Shown here piece by piece: positions 41,763 through 51,142 of a stretch of DNA of 64,000 nucleotides. The position numbers and the translations under genes were made by a program. The notes beneath the pieces were generated by a model. The model was not told where the DNA came from, ran no database searches, and worked only from the letters and a program-made list of their open reading frames with translations. Source of the stretch: Spirochaetia bacterium (lineage in GTDB: Bacteria > Spirochaetota > Spirochaetia > WTKD01 > G963693115); contig OZ245332.1 in NCBI GenBank assembly GCA_965226065.1, forward strand, positions 873,651 to 937,650. Direction: 5' to 3'. Numbering within the stretch: position 1 is the first letter of the stretch; each line of letters opens with the position of its first letter.

Positions 41763-42989
41763 ATGTCGAGAAATTCAGAATATATTATTCGCATTCCATT
41801 TGCAAAACCGTGTATAGAAGACGAAGAATATGAAGCAGTAAAACGTGTATTAAAAAGCAACTGGATAACTACAGGAAAAGAGAGCACACTTTTTGAACAA
41901 GAATTTTCTCAATTCATTACACATCATTCAAAAAACAAAGATACCTCCGCGGTATACACACAGGCTGTACAAAGTGCGACGGCAGGACTACACTTGTCGT
42001 TGTGCGCATTAAATGTTACTCACGGCGATATGGTAATTACAACGCCGTTCACCTTTGTCGCAACAGCATCGGCGATACTCTACACGGGAGCTACTCCTCT
42101 TTTTGTCGATTGCAAAAAAAATTCAATGTATCCCGATGAACGCGAATTTGAACGCGCAGTGCAAAATAAAAAAGCTAAAATATTTTTACCCGTGCATATC
42201 TCAGGCTATGCAGGAGAAAATTTCTCTTATCTTTTACACATAGCAAAAAAACATAAACTGCGCATCGTCGAAGATGCAGCGCATGCATTTCCTGCTCAAC
42301 ATATAGAACAAGAGACAAATGCATGTCCGCAATTTTTAGGAACCATAGGTGATGCGGGTGTTTATTCGTTTTATGCAAACAAAACCATGACAACCGCAGA
42401 AGGCGGCATGATAGCATTGAAAGACAAGGCACTTGCACAAAAAATAAGCATGTTACGCAATCATGGTATAGATCGCACCGTGTGGAGTAGATTCTCCACA
42501 TCGCCCTTGCAATACGAATATGATATACAAGCATTGGGATATAAATACAACCTACCCGACATACTATCTGCCATAGGGCGAGTACAACTAAAAAAAGTAG
42601 TAGAATTTCAAACACGCAGAAGACGCGCTGCAATGTATTATATAAAGCATCTTTCAGACCGCGATTATTTGCATATGCCGTATGTACCGAAAGATGAGCG
42701 AGAACACTCATGGCATTTATTCATAATACGCATTAGTCACCACAAACTTTCTCGAGATGACTTTGTAAGAAAGTTAGCAGAACACGGCATAGGAACATCT
42801 GTACATTACAAACCACTGTCGCTTATGTCGTACTACAAAAACAAATTTGGTTATAACCCTACTATGTTTCTCAATGCGCAAAAAATATATCAACAAAGTA
42901 TCAGCCTCCCCCTCTATGCTGAAATATCAGAAGAGCAATTGCACGAAGTATGCAATACAATAATAAAAATAGGAGACGGAATTATTTAA
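41763..42989 (+). CDS. DegT/DnrJ/EryC1/StrS (PseC/PglE/SpsC-like) PLP-dependent sugar aminotransferase
   Basis: 'ITTPFTFVATASAIL...', 'YSFYANKTMTTAEGGM' (PLP-lysine region), 'LRNHGIDR'. Confidence 0.85.
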   Translation: MSRNSEYIIRIPFAKPCIEDEEYEAVKRVLKSNWITTGKESTLFEQEFSQFITHHSKNKDTSAVYTQAVQSATAGLHLSLCALNVTHGDMVITTPFTFVATASAILYTGATPLFVDCKKNSMYPDEREFERAVQNKKAKIFLPVHISGYAGENFSYLLHIAKKHKLRIVEDAAHAFPAQHIEQETNACPQFLGTIGDAGVYSFYANKTMTTAEGGMIALKDKALAQKISMLRNHGIDRTVWSRFSTSPLQYEYDIQALGYKYNLPDILSAIGRVQLKKVVEFQTRRRRAAMYYIKHLSDRDYLHMPYVPKDEREHSWHLFIIRISHHKLSRDDFVRKLAEHGIGTSVHYKPLSLMSYYKNKFGYNPTMFLNAQKIYQQSISLPLYAEISEEQLHEVCNTIIKIGDGII

Positions 42990-42991
42990 TA

Positions 42992-44575
42992 ATGTACAAC
43001 TACCTTACTCCGATGCACAAAGACGCTACACTCTATAGTGTTGTTCCACTTCCCCTAGATTTAACATATAAAGAAGAGCATATGAATGCTATTTCCACAG
43101 AGATATCAGATGTACAGCTGCTAGAAAAAACAAATCTTCCGCGTTCAACATTTCAATTCTTCAATGATACTATTGCCGTACTCAATTCGCATGAAGAAAA
43201 CAACAAAAAAAAAACATCTATTACCGCAGCTCCTTTTACTTCGTTGCTTTTAGGACCTACGTATGCATGTCACCGTATCATGCAGTCATACATTTCATGG
43301 GCACATGTCGATAAACATATATTTTCCATAAATCACAAAAGAAAACCTCAAACTCACCATACAAAAGAAACACAAGATCATTCTATTGCTATGTGGAATA
43401 CCTATTCACTTCCAAAAGTTTGGGCATGTGCAACATTCTCAGCAGTTGAAGTTTCGTGTTACATGCCACAATCACTTCAGAAAGAACTTCAATTTTTTTT
43501 CGAAACATCTATAATCGTGAATGCGCATGCGCCATATGCAAGCTACGAACATAACGAATGTATGGCATGGCTCTATGCTTTTTATGCAGTAAGCGCTGCA
43601 CGCTTAGTAGGAAGAACCACGCTATGCCACTATCAAAGCATTGATGCACAATATAAATTGTGGTACGACAATAAAGAAACAACAGAAAAGATATTTCCTA
43701 AACCATGGGCATTGATATTGAAAAAAGAAAAAAAAATGCACCGCTACATATCATCAAAAATTAAAAATAGTAATCAAAATTCTACCTGTGCACAATTAGT
43801 AATAGAAAAGAGCAAATACAATATAAAAGAATTTTTATATGACAAAACAAAAATTAAACATACCATCATAGGATTTTCACATATATGTGTGCCAACCTTA
43901 GGGACTGATTTTTATAACACGAATAGTACTGCTTACAAACTAATATTACGGAGAGAAAAAGACAACATTTTACTTTGCCTTCCATTTTTACCAAGTTCTC
44001 GCAGCGTAGAAGCTATAAAGGAAATGATACACAAAATATCAAAAACACGCGTTAACAGCATACATATTGACATGTATGAAGCTAAAACTCTCAATCCCAC
44101 TTCTTTGCACAGTTCATATGCTATTATGGGAAATTTACTCCTCAAAGCACTGCGTACTATAAAACCGAATCGCAATACTATCACCGTTACCATGCCTGCA
44201 TCAATACAAAACAGTGCAACAGAAATCGCATGCGTTGTAGAATACAAGTTAACCTTATACAGTAAGTTAATATCACCTCATAAAATGTATCTTTGTATCA
44301 ATGCAGGACACATTGCGCGAAAAACATTTGTGGAAGGAAACATAGAATACATAGCGCAAGAAGCACTGAGAAGCTTATTTGGCATAAATACGAGCTCAAA
44401 AAAAATATTAGAGATACATACTACATTTGTTCAAGAAAACACACTTCTATATACAAGTTCTATCAAAGACGCTCTCTATCACGCCATTACTAGTGCAACA
44501 TATAATGCGTTAAAAAACCATATACATCGCAGATATTTTCCAATGATCTGTGCTGAAAATCATAGCAACTCCTGA
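42992..44575 (+). CDS. Hypothetical protein (527 aa), third gene of the CapD-DegT operon
   Basis: AGGAG RBS 17 nt upstream; start 2 nt after the degT stop. His/Tyr/Cys/Asn-rich with no recognisable motif and no signal peptide. Confidence 0.55.
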   Translation: MYNYLTPMHKDATLYSVVPLPLDLTYKEEHMNAISTEISDVQLLEKTNLPRSTFQFFNDTIAVLNSHEENNKKKTSITAAPFTSLLLGPTYACHRIMQSYISWAHVDKHIFSINHKRKPQTHHTKETQDHSIAMWNTYSLPKVWACATFSAVEVSCYMPQSLQKELQFFFETSIIVNAHAPYASYEHNECMAWLYAFYAVSAARLVGRTTLCHYQSIDAQYKLWYDNKETTEKIFPKPWALILKKEKKMHRYISSKIKNSNQNSTCAQLVIEKSKYNIKEFLYDKTKIKHTIIGFSHICVPTLGTDFYNTNSTAYKLILRREKDNILLCLPFLPSSRSVEAIKEMIHKISKTRVNSIHIDMYEAKTLNPTSLHSSYAIMGNLLLKALRTIKPNRNTITVTMPASIQNSATEIACVVEYKLTLYSKLISPHKMYLCINAGHIARKTFVEGNIEYIAQEALRSLFGINTSSKKILEIHTTFVQENTLLYTSSIKDALYHAITSATYNALKNHIHRRYFPMICAENHSNS

Positions 44576-44580
44576 TATTT

Positions 44581-45099
44581 ATGACTCATAGCATCTGCAT
44601 AAACGGAGAAAGACATCAGATAGCACTATCTCATAGCATGATTTTAAGTGACATGCTTTTGCAACATGCTGCGTATATCACGAGCATTCCAAGCATATGT
44701 GACAATAACTTCTTATGGCTATTGCTCAATGAAAACAAAACCGTCAATGCCTTTACTTCTACCATTGAACATGACTTACCTCAGTCTATAGTCAGTATAG
44801 AATACGCGATGACATATCCATATTTTCAAATATGCGAAAAAATAATGCAGAAAAATGGAATTTACATATCTACCGTAAATATCGGACTGCTCATTTTTAC
44901 ATTGTTCAGCTGGATAAAAAAAGATAGCACAAGCGATTTTCATCATACAATACACACAATATATAACAAAGCATTAACCTTGATGCAGTATTACTCCGAT
45001 CATTTTTCTCAACCAGAAGCTTTTACCCATACATATTACGAAATTATAGAACGCTCAAAAAAAGAAAAAACACTTAACATACACAATGCACTAAAATAA
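44581..45099 (+). CDS. Hypothetical protein (172 aa), fourth gene of the operon
   Basis: 5-nt gap from the upstream gene, same strand. One hydrophobic segment ('IGLLIFTLFSWI'). Confidence 0.5.
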   Translation: MTHSICINGERHQIALSHSMILSDMLLQHAAYITSIPSICDNNFLWLLLNENKTVNAFTSTIEHDLPQSIVSIEYAMTYPYFQICEKIMQKNGIYISTVNIGLLIFTLFSWIKKDSTSDFHHTIHTIYNKALTLMQYYSDHFSQPEAFTHTYYEIIERSKKEKTLNIHNALK

Positions 45100-45108
45100 C
45101 ATAGCATT

Positions 45109-45969
45109 ATGCATACACATAACGACGTTATGAAAAAAACAGAGTTCTCTCCAAAATATTTATTTCAAGTCGTGAAAGTATTGAAAAAATACGATGTTAT
45201 ATATAAAAAAGATAACTATCTTCCATATTTGCAAATATCACACGCAGAACAAAACACACAAGAATCAAATGAAACACTCATGCCTATCAACATGAAAAAA
45301 ATAAAAGAGTATGCAGAAATATATCGCACCTTATACTCTGTACACATAGGGTTAGAAAATACCTTTACACGCCTCTATCAAATAGAAAATGAAACAATTC
45401 CACCACTTATAAAAACATGTATTACAATGCTCTACAATTTTAACACACCCATACATATGTGTTTTACACAAGAGAAAGCACATAACTGGATTGCACTACG
45501 TATAGCATTTGCCCTATGTGGATGTAGCATACAAACTATACGCAGAAATGGCGTAAAATGGGAAAAGCTTCATCTTAACACCGATAGTATTTTATATAAC
45601 AAAAAATCAAAAAATGAAATACCTATATCAATCCGAATTCCTACGGGTAAAAACACCCACTACATATGCACTTCATATTCATGCTCAGGCTTAGAAAATA
45701 TAGCAATCGGATTGATTGAAATCACGCAAAATAAAATAATAGAAAAGCTTTCATTTACCTACTGCTCGCATGAAAGAATTTACATACTCCCACTCATTGA
45801 ATCAAATTTTTTTATCGGCAAGCGTTATCCTGTTTCATCAAACATTTTAGAATCGTTTAAAAAACACATATTCTATCAATTTGAAATAATAAAAGATACC
45901 ATAGGTATAATGCACATTAACTATGTTACAGAAGCACTTATTTCACTCTTAAATCCTTCTCTCGTATAA
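45109..45969 (+). CDS. Hypothetical protein (286 aa), fifth gene of the operon
   Basis: 9-nt gap from the upstream gene. No recognisable motifs. Confidence 0.5.
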   Translation: MHTHNDVMKKTEFSPKYLFQVVKVLKKYDVIYKKDNYLPYLQISHAEQNTQESNETLMPINMKKIKEYAEIYRTLYSVHIGLENTFTRLYQIENETIPPLIKTCITMLYNFNTPIHMCFTQEKAHNWIALRIAFALCGCSIQTIRRNGVKWEKLHLNTDSILYNKKSKNEIPISIRIPTGKNTHYICTSYSCSGLENIAIGLIEITQNKIIEKLSFTYCSHERIYILPLIESNFFIGKRYPVSSNILESFKKHIFYQFEIIKDTIGIMHINYVTEALISLLNPSLV

Positions 45970-46161
45970 AAAGAAAAGCCACATAACACACTTCTCTTAT
46001 GTATATGTGTTTTATTCGTTTACTATTAAATCTCAATAACAGGGTTCTCTATTATTCTTCGCTCTTGTGCCTTTGACCTCTTGCACATGCTTTTAATGTA
46101 GGTTCTGCTCCTTATACTGTTGCTTTTTCTTATCGCATGCTGAACATACTGCAGCACCTGC

Positions 46162-46791
46162 CTATCTGCAATGTCCACCGCTACACCAACTAGGCTTGTT
46201 CAATGTCTCCATTGCCCTAGCTCCGCTGAACATGTCTCTAGTTTTTCTTTCGCTGTTATCTGCCCAAGCGCTTAGGTCTTGATTGAACTTAGTAGCTCCG
46301 AGGAACATAAAGTGCATGTCTATTACGCTTGATACCTTCCAACTATTAAGCGACTGGTTAAATGCCTTAGCTCTAACGAACATACCAGTCATTTTTGTTA
46401 CCTTTGAGGTGTTCCAACTATTAAGCGGTTGGTCAAATGCCGTAGCTCCATCGAACATACTGTTCATGTTTTTTACGCTTGAAATGTCCCATTTACTAAT
46501 GTCTCCATTGAATGTAGTTTTAGATACAAAAAGCAAACTCATGTCGGTTACTTCCGAGGTGTCGATGTAGTTTAGGTTTGCCGTTGCGTCTTCTGCTAAG
46601 ACTCTGTCAATTTCGGCTTTTAATGCGACCTTGTCTGCTACATACAAGAGAAAGTCTATAGGGTCGCTGTCGATGGACTTGCCGTCCTTCGTGGCAACAA
46701 CAATAACACCGCTGACTACTTCAGTAGAGCTTACTTGTCCCGTGTTTTCATCCTTGTCGCTAAGAGATACACCATTGATAGCAGTCTTCAA
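46162..46791 (-). CDS. DUF285 / BspA-like leucine-rich-repeat paralog, possibly 5'-truncated or silent
   Basis: 23-aa repeats 'F(N/D)(G/Q)D(I/L)SxW(D/N)xSxVxxMxxMF'. No in-frame ATG or GTG start: the open frame runs from a stop at 46990 and the only available start is a TTG. No signal peptide. Confidence 0.5.
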   Translation of the reverse strand: MKTAINGVSLSDKDENTGQVSSTEVVSGVIVVATKDGKSIDSDPIDFLLYVADKVALKAEIDRVLAEDATANLNYIDTSEVTDMSLLFVSKTTFNGDISKWDISSVKNMNSMFDGATAFDQPLNSWNTSKVTKMTGMFVRAKAFNQSLNSWKVSSVIDMHFMFLGATKFNQDLSAWADNSERKTRDMFSGARAMETLNKPSWCSGGHCR

Positions 46792-47150
46792 TGAGTAGCT
46801 ATGTCCTGCTTCCTTTGGAAATGTAATCGCAAGTTCTTTCCGAACACGATAGCAACTTAAAATGGGCTTTATCGGTGGTGGGCTTACTCCCTGTGATGTT
46901 TCTGTTCTCTCTCCTGCGATTTGCTTAGATGTGCAAAATTGTAGTCTTGCATTGCCTTTCGGATCTGGTTTTTTTGCTGGTGCTATTTTTTTAGCAATCT
47001 CTTCAATTGCGTCCTTTGCTTTCTTCTCTTCACACGAAAATAGTAAAAGTGCAAGGTTATAAGGGCTATATATGATTTCTTGTCTATCATAGATTACTCT
47101 TTAACCATGTAAATGTTTCTATAAGCTTAAAGGCTTACTATACTAAAGTT

Positions 47151-48920
47151 ATGACTACAAATATTGAAGAAGCTTTTCATTCGCTCTCACATGAAGAGAA
47201 GCTCTATCGAATACGGCATACTTTTGCACATGTTATGGCAGAAGCAGTACGATGTCTTTTTGACGATGTGAAAATAGCAATCGGACCTCCTATAAAACAC
47301 GGATTTTATTACGACTTTGACATACCCCACAGCCTAAACGAGGACGATTTACCACGCATAGAAAAGAAAATGCAAGAAATACTACAAGAGAATCACACAT
47401 TGAAGAAAAACATCATCAGTCGAGAAGAAGCCTTGCGCATGTTTGAAAATGAACCATACAAAAGAGAATTGATAGAAGCACTTCCACAAGATGAAGAAAT
47501 AAGCACATACACGGTAGCAACATTTACCGATTTATGTCGCGGACCACACGTACCTAATACATCATTTTTAAATTCAAAGGCTTGTTCGTTACTTTCAGTC
47601 GCAGGTGCTTATTGGCGCGGAGATGAAAAACGCCCCATGTTACAACGCATATACGCAACTGCATGGGAAAATCCAAAAGCATTGCGTGCCCACTTACATT
47701 TTTTAGAAGAAGCAAAAAAAAGCGATCATCGCACGCTGGGTAAAGAACTGGATCTTTTCAGTTTGCACGAAGAATCGGGTGCAGGACTTGTATACTGGCA
47801 TCCTAAAGGTGCTCGTGTACGTCTTACTATAGAAAAATATTGGCAAGATACGCATCAAAAAAACGGCTACGAAATTTTGTACACTCCACACGTAGGGAAA
47901 AGCTGGTTATGGAATACAAGCGGACATTTAGACTTTTATCGCGAGGGAATGTATTCGCCTATGGAGGTAGATGCACAGGACTATTACATAAAACCGATGA
48001 ATTGCCCCTTTCATATTATGATCTACCAAACATCTCAACGCTCATACAAAGAACTCCCCTTACGCTGGGCAGAGCTTGGCACCGTCTACCGCTATGAACG
48101 CAGTGGAGTTTTACACGGACTTTTGCGCGTGCGAGGCTTTACACAAGATGACGCACATCTTTTTTGTACACCTCAGCAAATGCACGATGAAATAAAAGAA
48201 GTACTACGATTTTCCTTGCAAGTATGGCGGGACTTTGGATTTTCTGAAATAAAAGCATATCTTGCGACACGTCCCGAAAAAGCCGTAGGAGATTTGCATA
48301 AATGGGATGCGGCGATAGCAGCACTGAAACAAGCAGCAGATGACGAAAACATACACTGCGAAATAGACGAAGGTGGCGGTGCATTTTACGGACCTAAAAT
48401 AGACTTGAAAATAAAAGATGCACTAGGGCGCGAGTGGCAAATGTCGACCATACAATTTGATTTTAATTTACCAGAACGATTTAACATGTGGTTTATTGAT
48501 AGCGATGGAGAAAAAAAACGCCCTTACATGATACACAGAGCACTACTAGGATCGCTAGAACGATTTTTTGCGGTGCTGATAGAACATTATAAGGGTGCAT
48601 TCCCCGTGTGGCTTGCTCCCGTACAAACAGTGATACTACCGATAAACAAAGCATATAACACCCATGCACAGAAATATGCCGATGCATTGAAAAATGCAAA
48701 CTTACGTGTACAGATAAACACAGATGAAGAACGATTAAGCGCGCGTATCCGAAAGCTGCAACTGCAAAAAGTACCATACATGCTAATAATTGGCGAAAAA
48801 GAAGCGGAAGAAAATACCGCTTCTTGTAGAGTACGCACAGGCGAAATACAAAAAGCGATGACAGCCGAAACATGCATCGCATATATAAAGGAGAAAATAC
48901 ATGCAAAATCTTTTATCTGA
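47151..48920 (+). CDS. thrS: Threonyl-tRNA synthetase (short N-terminus)
   Basis: 589 aa; class-II core 'HRTLGKELDLF', 'RVRGFTQDDAHLF', C-terminal anticodon-binding domain. Confidence 0.9.
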   Translation: MTTNIEEAFHSLSHEEKLYRIRHTFAHVMAEAVRCLFDDVKIAIGPPIKHGFYYDFDIPHSLNEDDLPRIEKKMQEILQENHTLKKNIISREEALRMFENEPYKRELIEALPQDEEISTYTVATFTDLCRGPHVPNTSFLNSKACSLLSVAGAYWRGDEKRPMLQRIYATAWENPKALRAHLHFLEEAKKSDHRTLGKELDLFSLHEESGAGLVYWHPKGARVRLTIEKYWQDTHQKNGYEILYTPHVGKSWLWNTSGHLDFYREGMYSPMEVDAQDYYIKPMNCPFHIMIYQTSQRSYKELPLRWAELGTVYRYERSGVLHGLLRVRGFTQDDAHLFCTPQQMHDEIKEVLRFSLQVWRDFGFSEIKAYLATRPEKAVGDLHKWDAAIAALKQAADDENIHCEIDEGGGAFYGPKIDLKIKDALGREWQMSTIQFDFNLPERFNMWFIDSDGEKKRPYMIHRALLGSLERFFAVLIEHYKGAFPVWLAPVQTVILPINKAYNTHAQKYADALKNANLRVQINTDEERLSARIRKLQLQKVPYMLIIGEKEAEENTASCRVRTGEIQKAMTAETCIAYIKEKIHAKSFI

Positions 48921-50442
48921 AAAAGCGGTATCACCGCATCTTGCAAAAGCAGCTGAAGAATTGTTAGCGTTAGATAAAAAAAGCGATATACTATCTAAGC
49001 TTGACGAATTTTTAGACTGGGATAGCAAAACACACATGCCCGCAGCGGCGACTGAAAGCCGTGCAGAACAGCAAGCCCTCATTCAAAAACTCATACATTC
49101 ATACAACACAAAGCCACGCATTGCCGAGCTTTTGCATATACTCGGTGTCAATGACGAAAATACTACAGGCGATGCAACACTCCCCCAACCTATACGCTTT
49201 TGGTTACGTAAAAAATATGCACAGTGGAAAAAAGCAGTGAGTGTACCTCCTGCATTAGTAGTTGAAATTGCCCACGCGTCTACACTGGGACATGAAGCAT
49301 GGGCACAAGCGCGCAAGTGCAAGGACATCTCCATTTTTGCACCACATTTACAAAAACTTGTATCGCTTGCAAAAAACTACGCAATGTGCATAGGCTACGA
49401 AAAAACACCCTACGACGCACTGTTAGATGAATATGAAATGGGATCTACCACTGAACAGGTAAGTTCAATTTTTGGATCATTACAAAAAGAACTACAACCC
49501 TTGTATGCACAACTCGTAGAAGCTCACAAGGGGAAAAAATTACCATGTGAACTACCATCCGTAGATGCAGAGACACAAAAAAAATTCTGTCATCACATGG
49601 CACAAAAACTCGGATATGATTGTAGCTGGGGAAGAATAGACACCTCAATACATCCATTCTGTGCAACCGCAGGATGGCAAGACTTACGAATAACCACGCA
49701 TTATAAAGAGCACGATATAACAAGTGCGATATTTTCCACCTTGCACGAAATGGGGCATGCCTTTTATGAAAAAAACATATCGCCTTTGTACAAAAACACC
49801 GTCTGCAGCAATGGCGCATCTTATGGAGTACATGAATCGCAGTCGCTTTTTGTAGAAAGAGTAATAGGAAAAAGTCGCGCCTTTTGGAAACACTGGTATC
49901 CTCAATTACAATGCATTATTCCACAATTTGCAGATACATCGTTTGATGCATTCATCGCTCATAGCAGAATTATAAAACCAAACCCCATACGTATAGAATC
50001 CGATGAAGTAGCTTACAATCTCCATATCATACTACGTTTTGAAATAGAAAAGCTCCTCTTTGAAAATGAAAACACTACATACGACATAAAAGACATTGCA
50101 CATATCTGGAACGAGAAAAGCAAAACCTTACTCGGCATAGAACCAAAAGACGATTGCGAAGGCATACTCCAAGATGTACATTGGTCCGAAGGTGCCTTCG
50201 GCTACTTTCCTTCTTATGCACTCGGTACTATCTACGCATCTCAACTAAAACAAGAAATTACAAAAGAAATGCCAGACTATAAAAACCACTTAGAAAACGG
50301 CAACGTAGAGCCAATACTACACTGGCTTAAAAATCGTATTCATATACATGGTGCTTCACAAACGCCAACAGAGCTCTATCCTACATGCGATGTGCATGCA
50401 ATAATAGAACATCTAAAGCAACGCTATAGTAATATAACATAA
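48901..50442 (+). CDS. M32 (Taq-type) metallo-carboxypeptidase
   Basis: 'HEMGHAFYE' HExxH motif; 513 aa. Overlaps the thrS 3' end by 20 nt. Confidence 0.85.
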   Translation: MQNLLSEKAVSPHLAKAAEELLALDKKSDILSKLDEFLDWDSKTHMPAAATESRAEQQALIQKLIHSYNTKPRIAELLHILGVNDENTTGDATLPQPIRFWLRKKYAQWKKAVSVPPALVVEIAHASTLGHEAWAQARKCKDISIFAPHLQKLVSLAKNYAMCIGYEKTPYDALLDEYEMGSTTEQVSSIFGSLQKELQPLYAQLVEAHKGKKLPCELPSVDAETQKKFCHHMAQKLGYDCSWGRIDTSIHPFCATAGWQDLRITTHYKEHDITSAIFSTLHEMGHAFYEKNISPLYKNTVCSNGASYGVHESQSLFVERVIGKSRAFWKHWYPQLQCIIPQFADTSFDAFIAHSRIIKPNPIRIESDEVAYNLHIILRFEIEKLLFENENTTYDIKDIAHIWNEKSKTLLGIEPKDDCEGILQDVHWSEGAFGYFPSYALGTIYASQLKQEITKEMPDYKNHLENGNVEPILHWLKNRIHIHGASQTPTELYPTCDVHAIIEHLKQRYSNIT

Positions 50443-50444
50443 GA

Positions 50445-51050
50445 ATGATAAAACAATTCTCTAATATAATAAGTCTTTCTCGAGTCATATGGGCAATAAT
50501 ATTCTATGTACTAATAACGCAAGTTTCATTTGTAGATGAACGAATACTTTTGTTATTCTTTGCGTTAATTGAGCTAAGCGACTTTCTTGACGGCATGGTT
50601 GCCCGCCTTTTCAAAATTACCAGTGATGTTGGAAAACTCCTAGATCCCATATGTGACATTACGGCACATTTCTTATGTTTGTTTGCATTATACACCCTAT
50701 ACATGGTGCCCACAGGAGTTGTGATTATTTTTATCATACGTGAAATATGGATCACATTTTTACGGGCACTACTTATAAGAAAAAACATAATTTTCGCTGC
50801 ACGTTGGACAGGTAAATTAAAAACATGCGTGTATGCAATAGCAATTTTACTAAGTATTGTTCTCTTGCCACAAAGTTTTTTAGTGAACATGGCACCACAT
50901 GCGAGCAAATACCTTCTAAATTACTTGCCATTTCTTTATTATGCAGGAGCAACGCTTTCAATACTTTCAGGATTTAATTACGCTATCGCAGCATTCAATG
51001 TTATAAATAACAATAAAAAACAAGAACTCACAGAAAACACCTCAGAGTGA
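50445..51050 (+). CDS. CDP-alcohol phosphatidyltransferase (PgsA-like; head group not assignable)
   Basis: 'DFLDGMVARLFKITSDVGKLLDPICD' is the D-G-x2-A-R-x8-G-x3-D-x3-D signature. Confidence 0.75.
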   Translation: MIKQFSNIISLSRVIWAIIFYVLITQVSFVDERILLLFFALIELSDFLDGMVARLFKITSDVGKLLDPICDITAHFLCLFALYTLYMVPTGVVIIFIIREIWITFLRALLIRKNIIFAARWTGKLKTCVYAIAILLSIVLLPQSFLVNMAPHASKYLLNYLPFLYYAGATLSILSGFNYAIAAFNVINNNKKQELTENTSE

Positions 51051-51142
51051 ATACGCACTATTGATGTATCTCATGCAAGAACATCGCAACAACGATGATA
51101 GCGCTTTTTTATTGAGAATTTGAACCCTTATATCTCTTTATA

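Noticed and set aside
42175-42711. 178-aa and other minus-strand ORFs (e.g. 43933..44247, 40953..41276) inside the five-gene operon
   Set aside because: They are antisense to well-supported plus-strand genes (degT has clear family motifs) and their composition is typical of antisense frames in AT-rich DNA.
46283-46570. 95-aa plus-strand ORF and similar antisense ORFs (61513..61698) inside the DUF285 repeat genes
   Set aside because: These are antisense frames kept open by the repetitive coding sequence. They have no start context.
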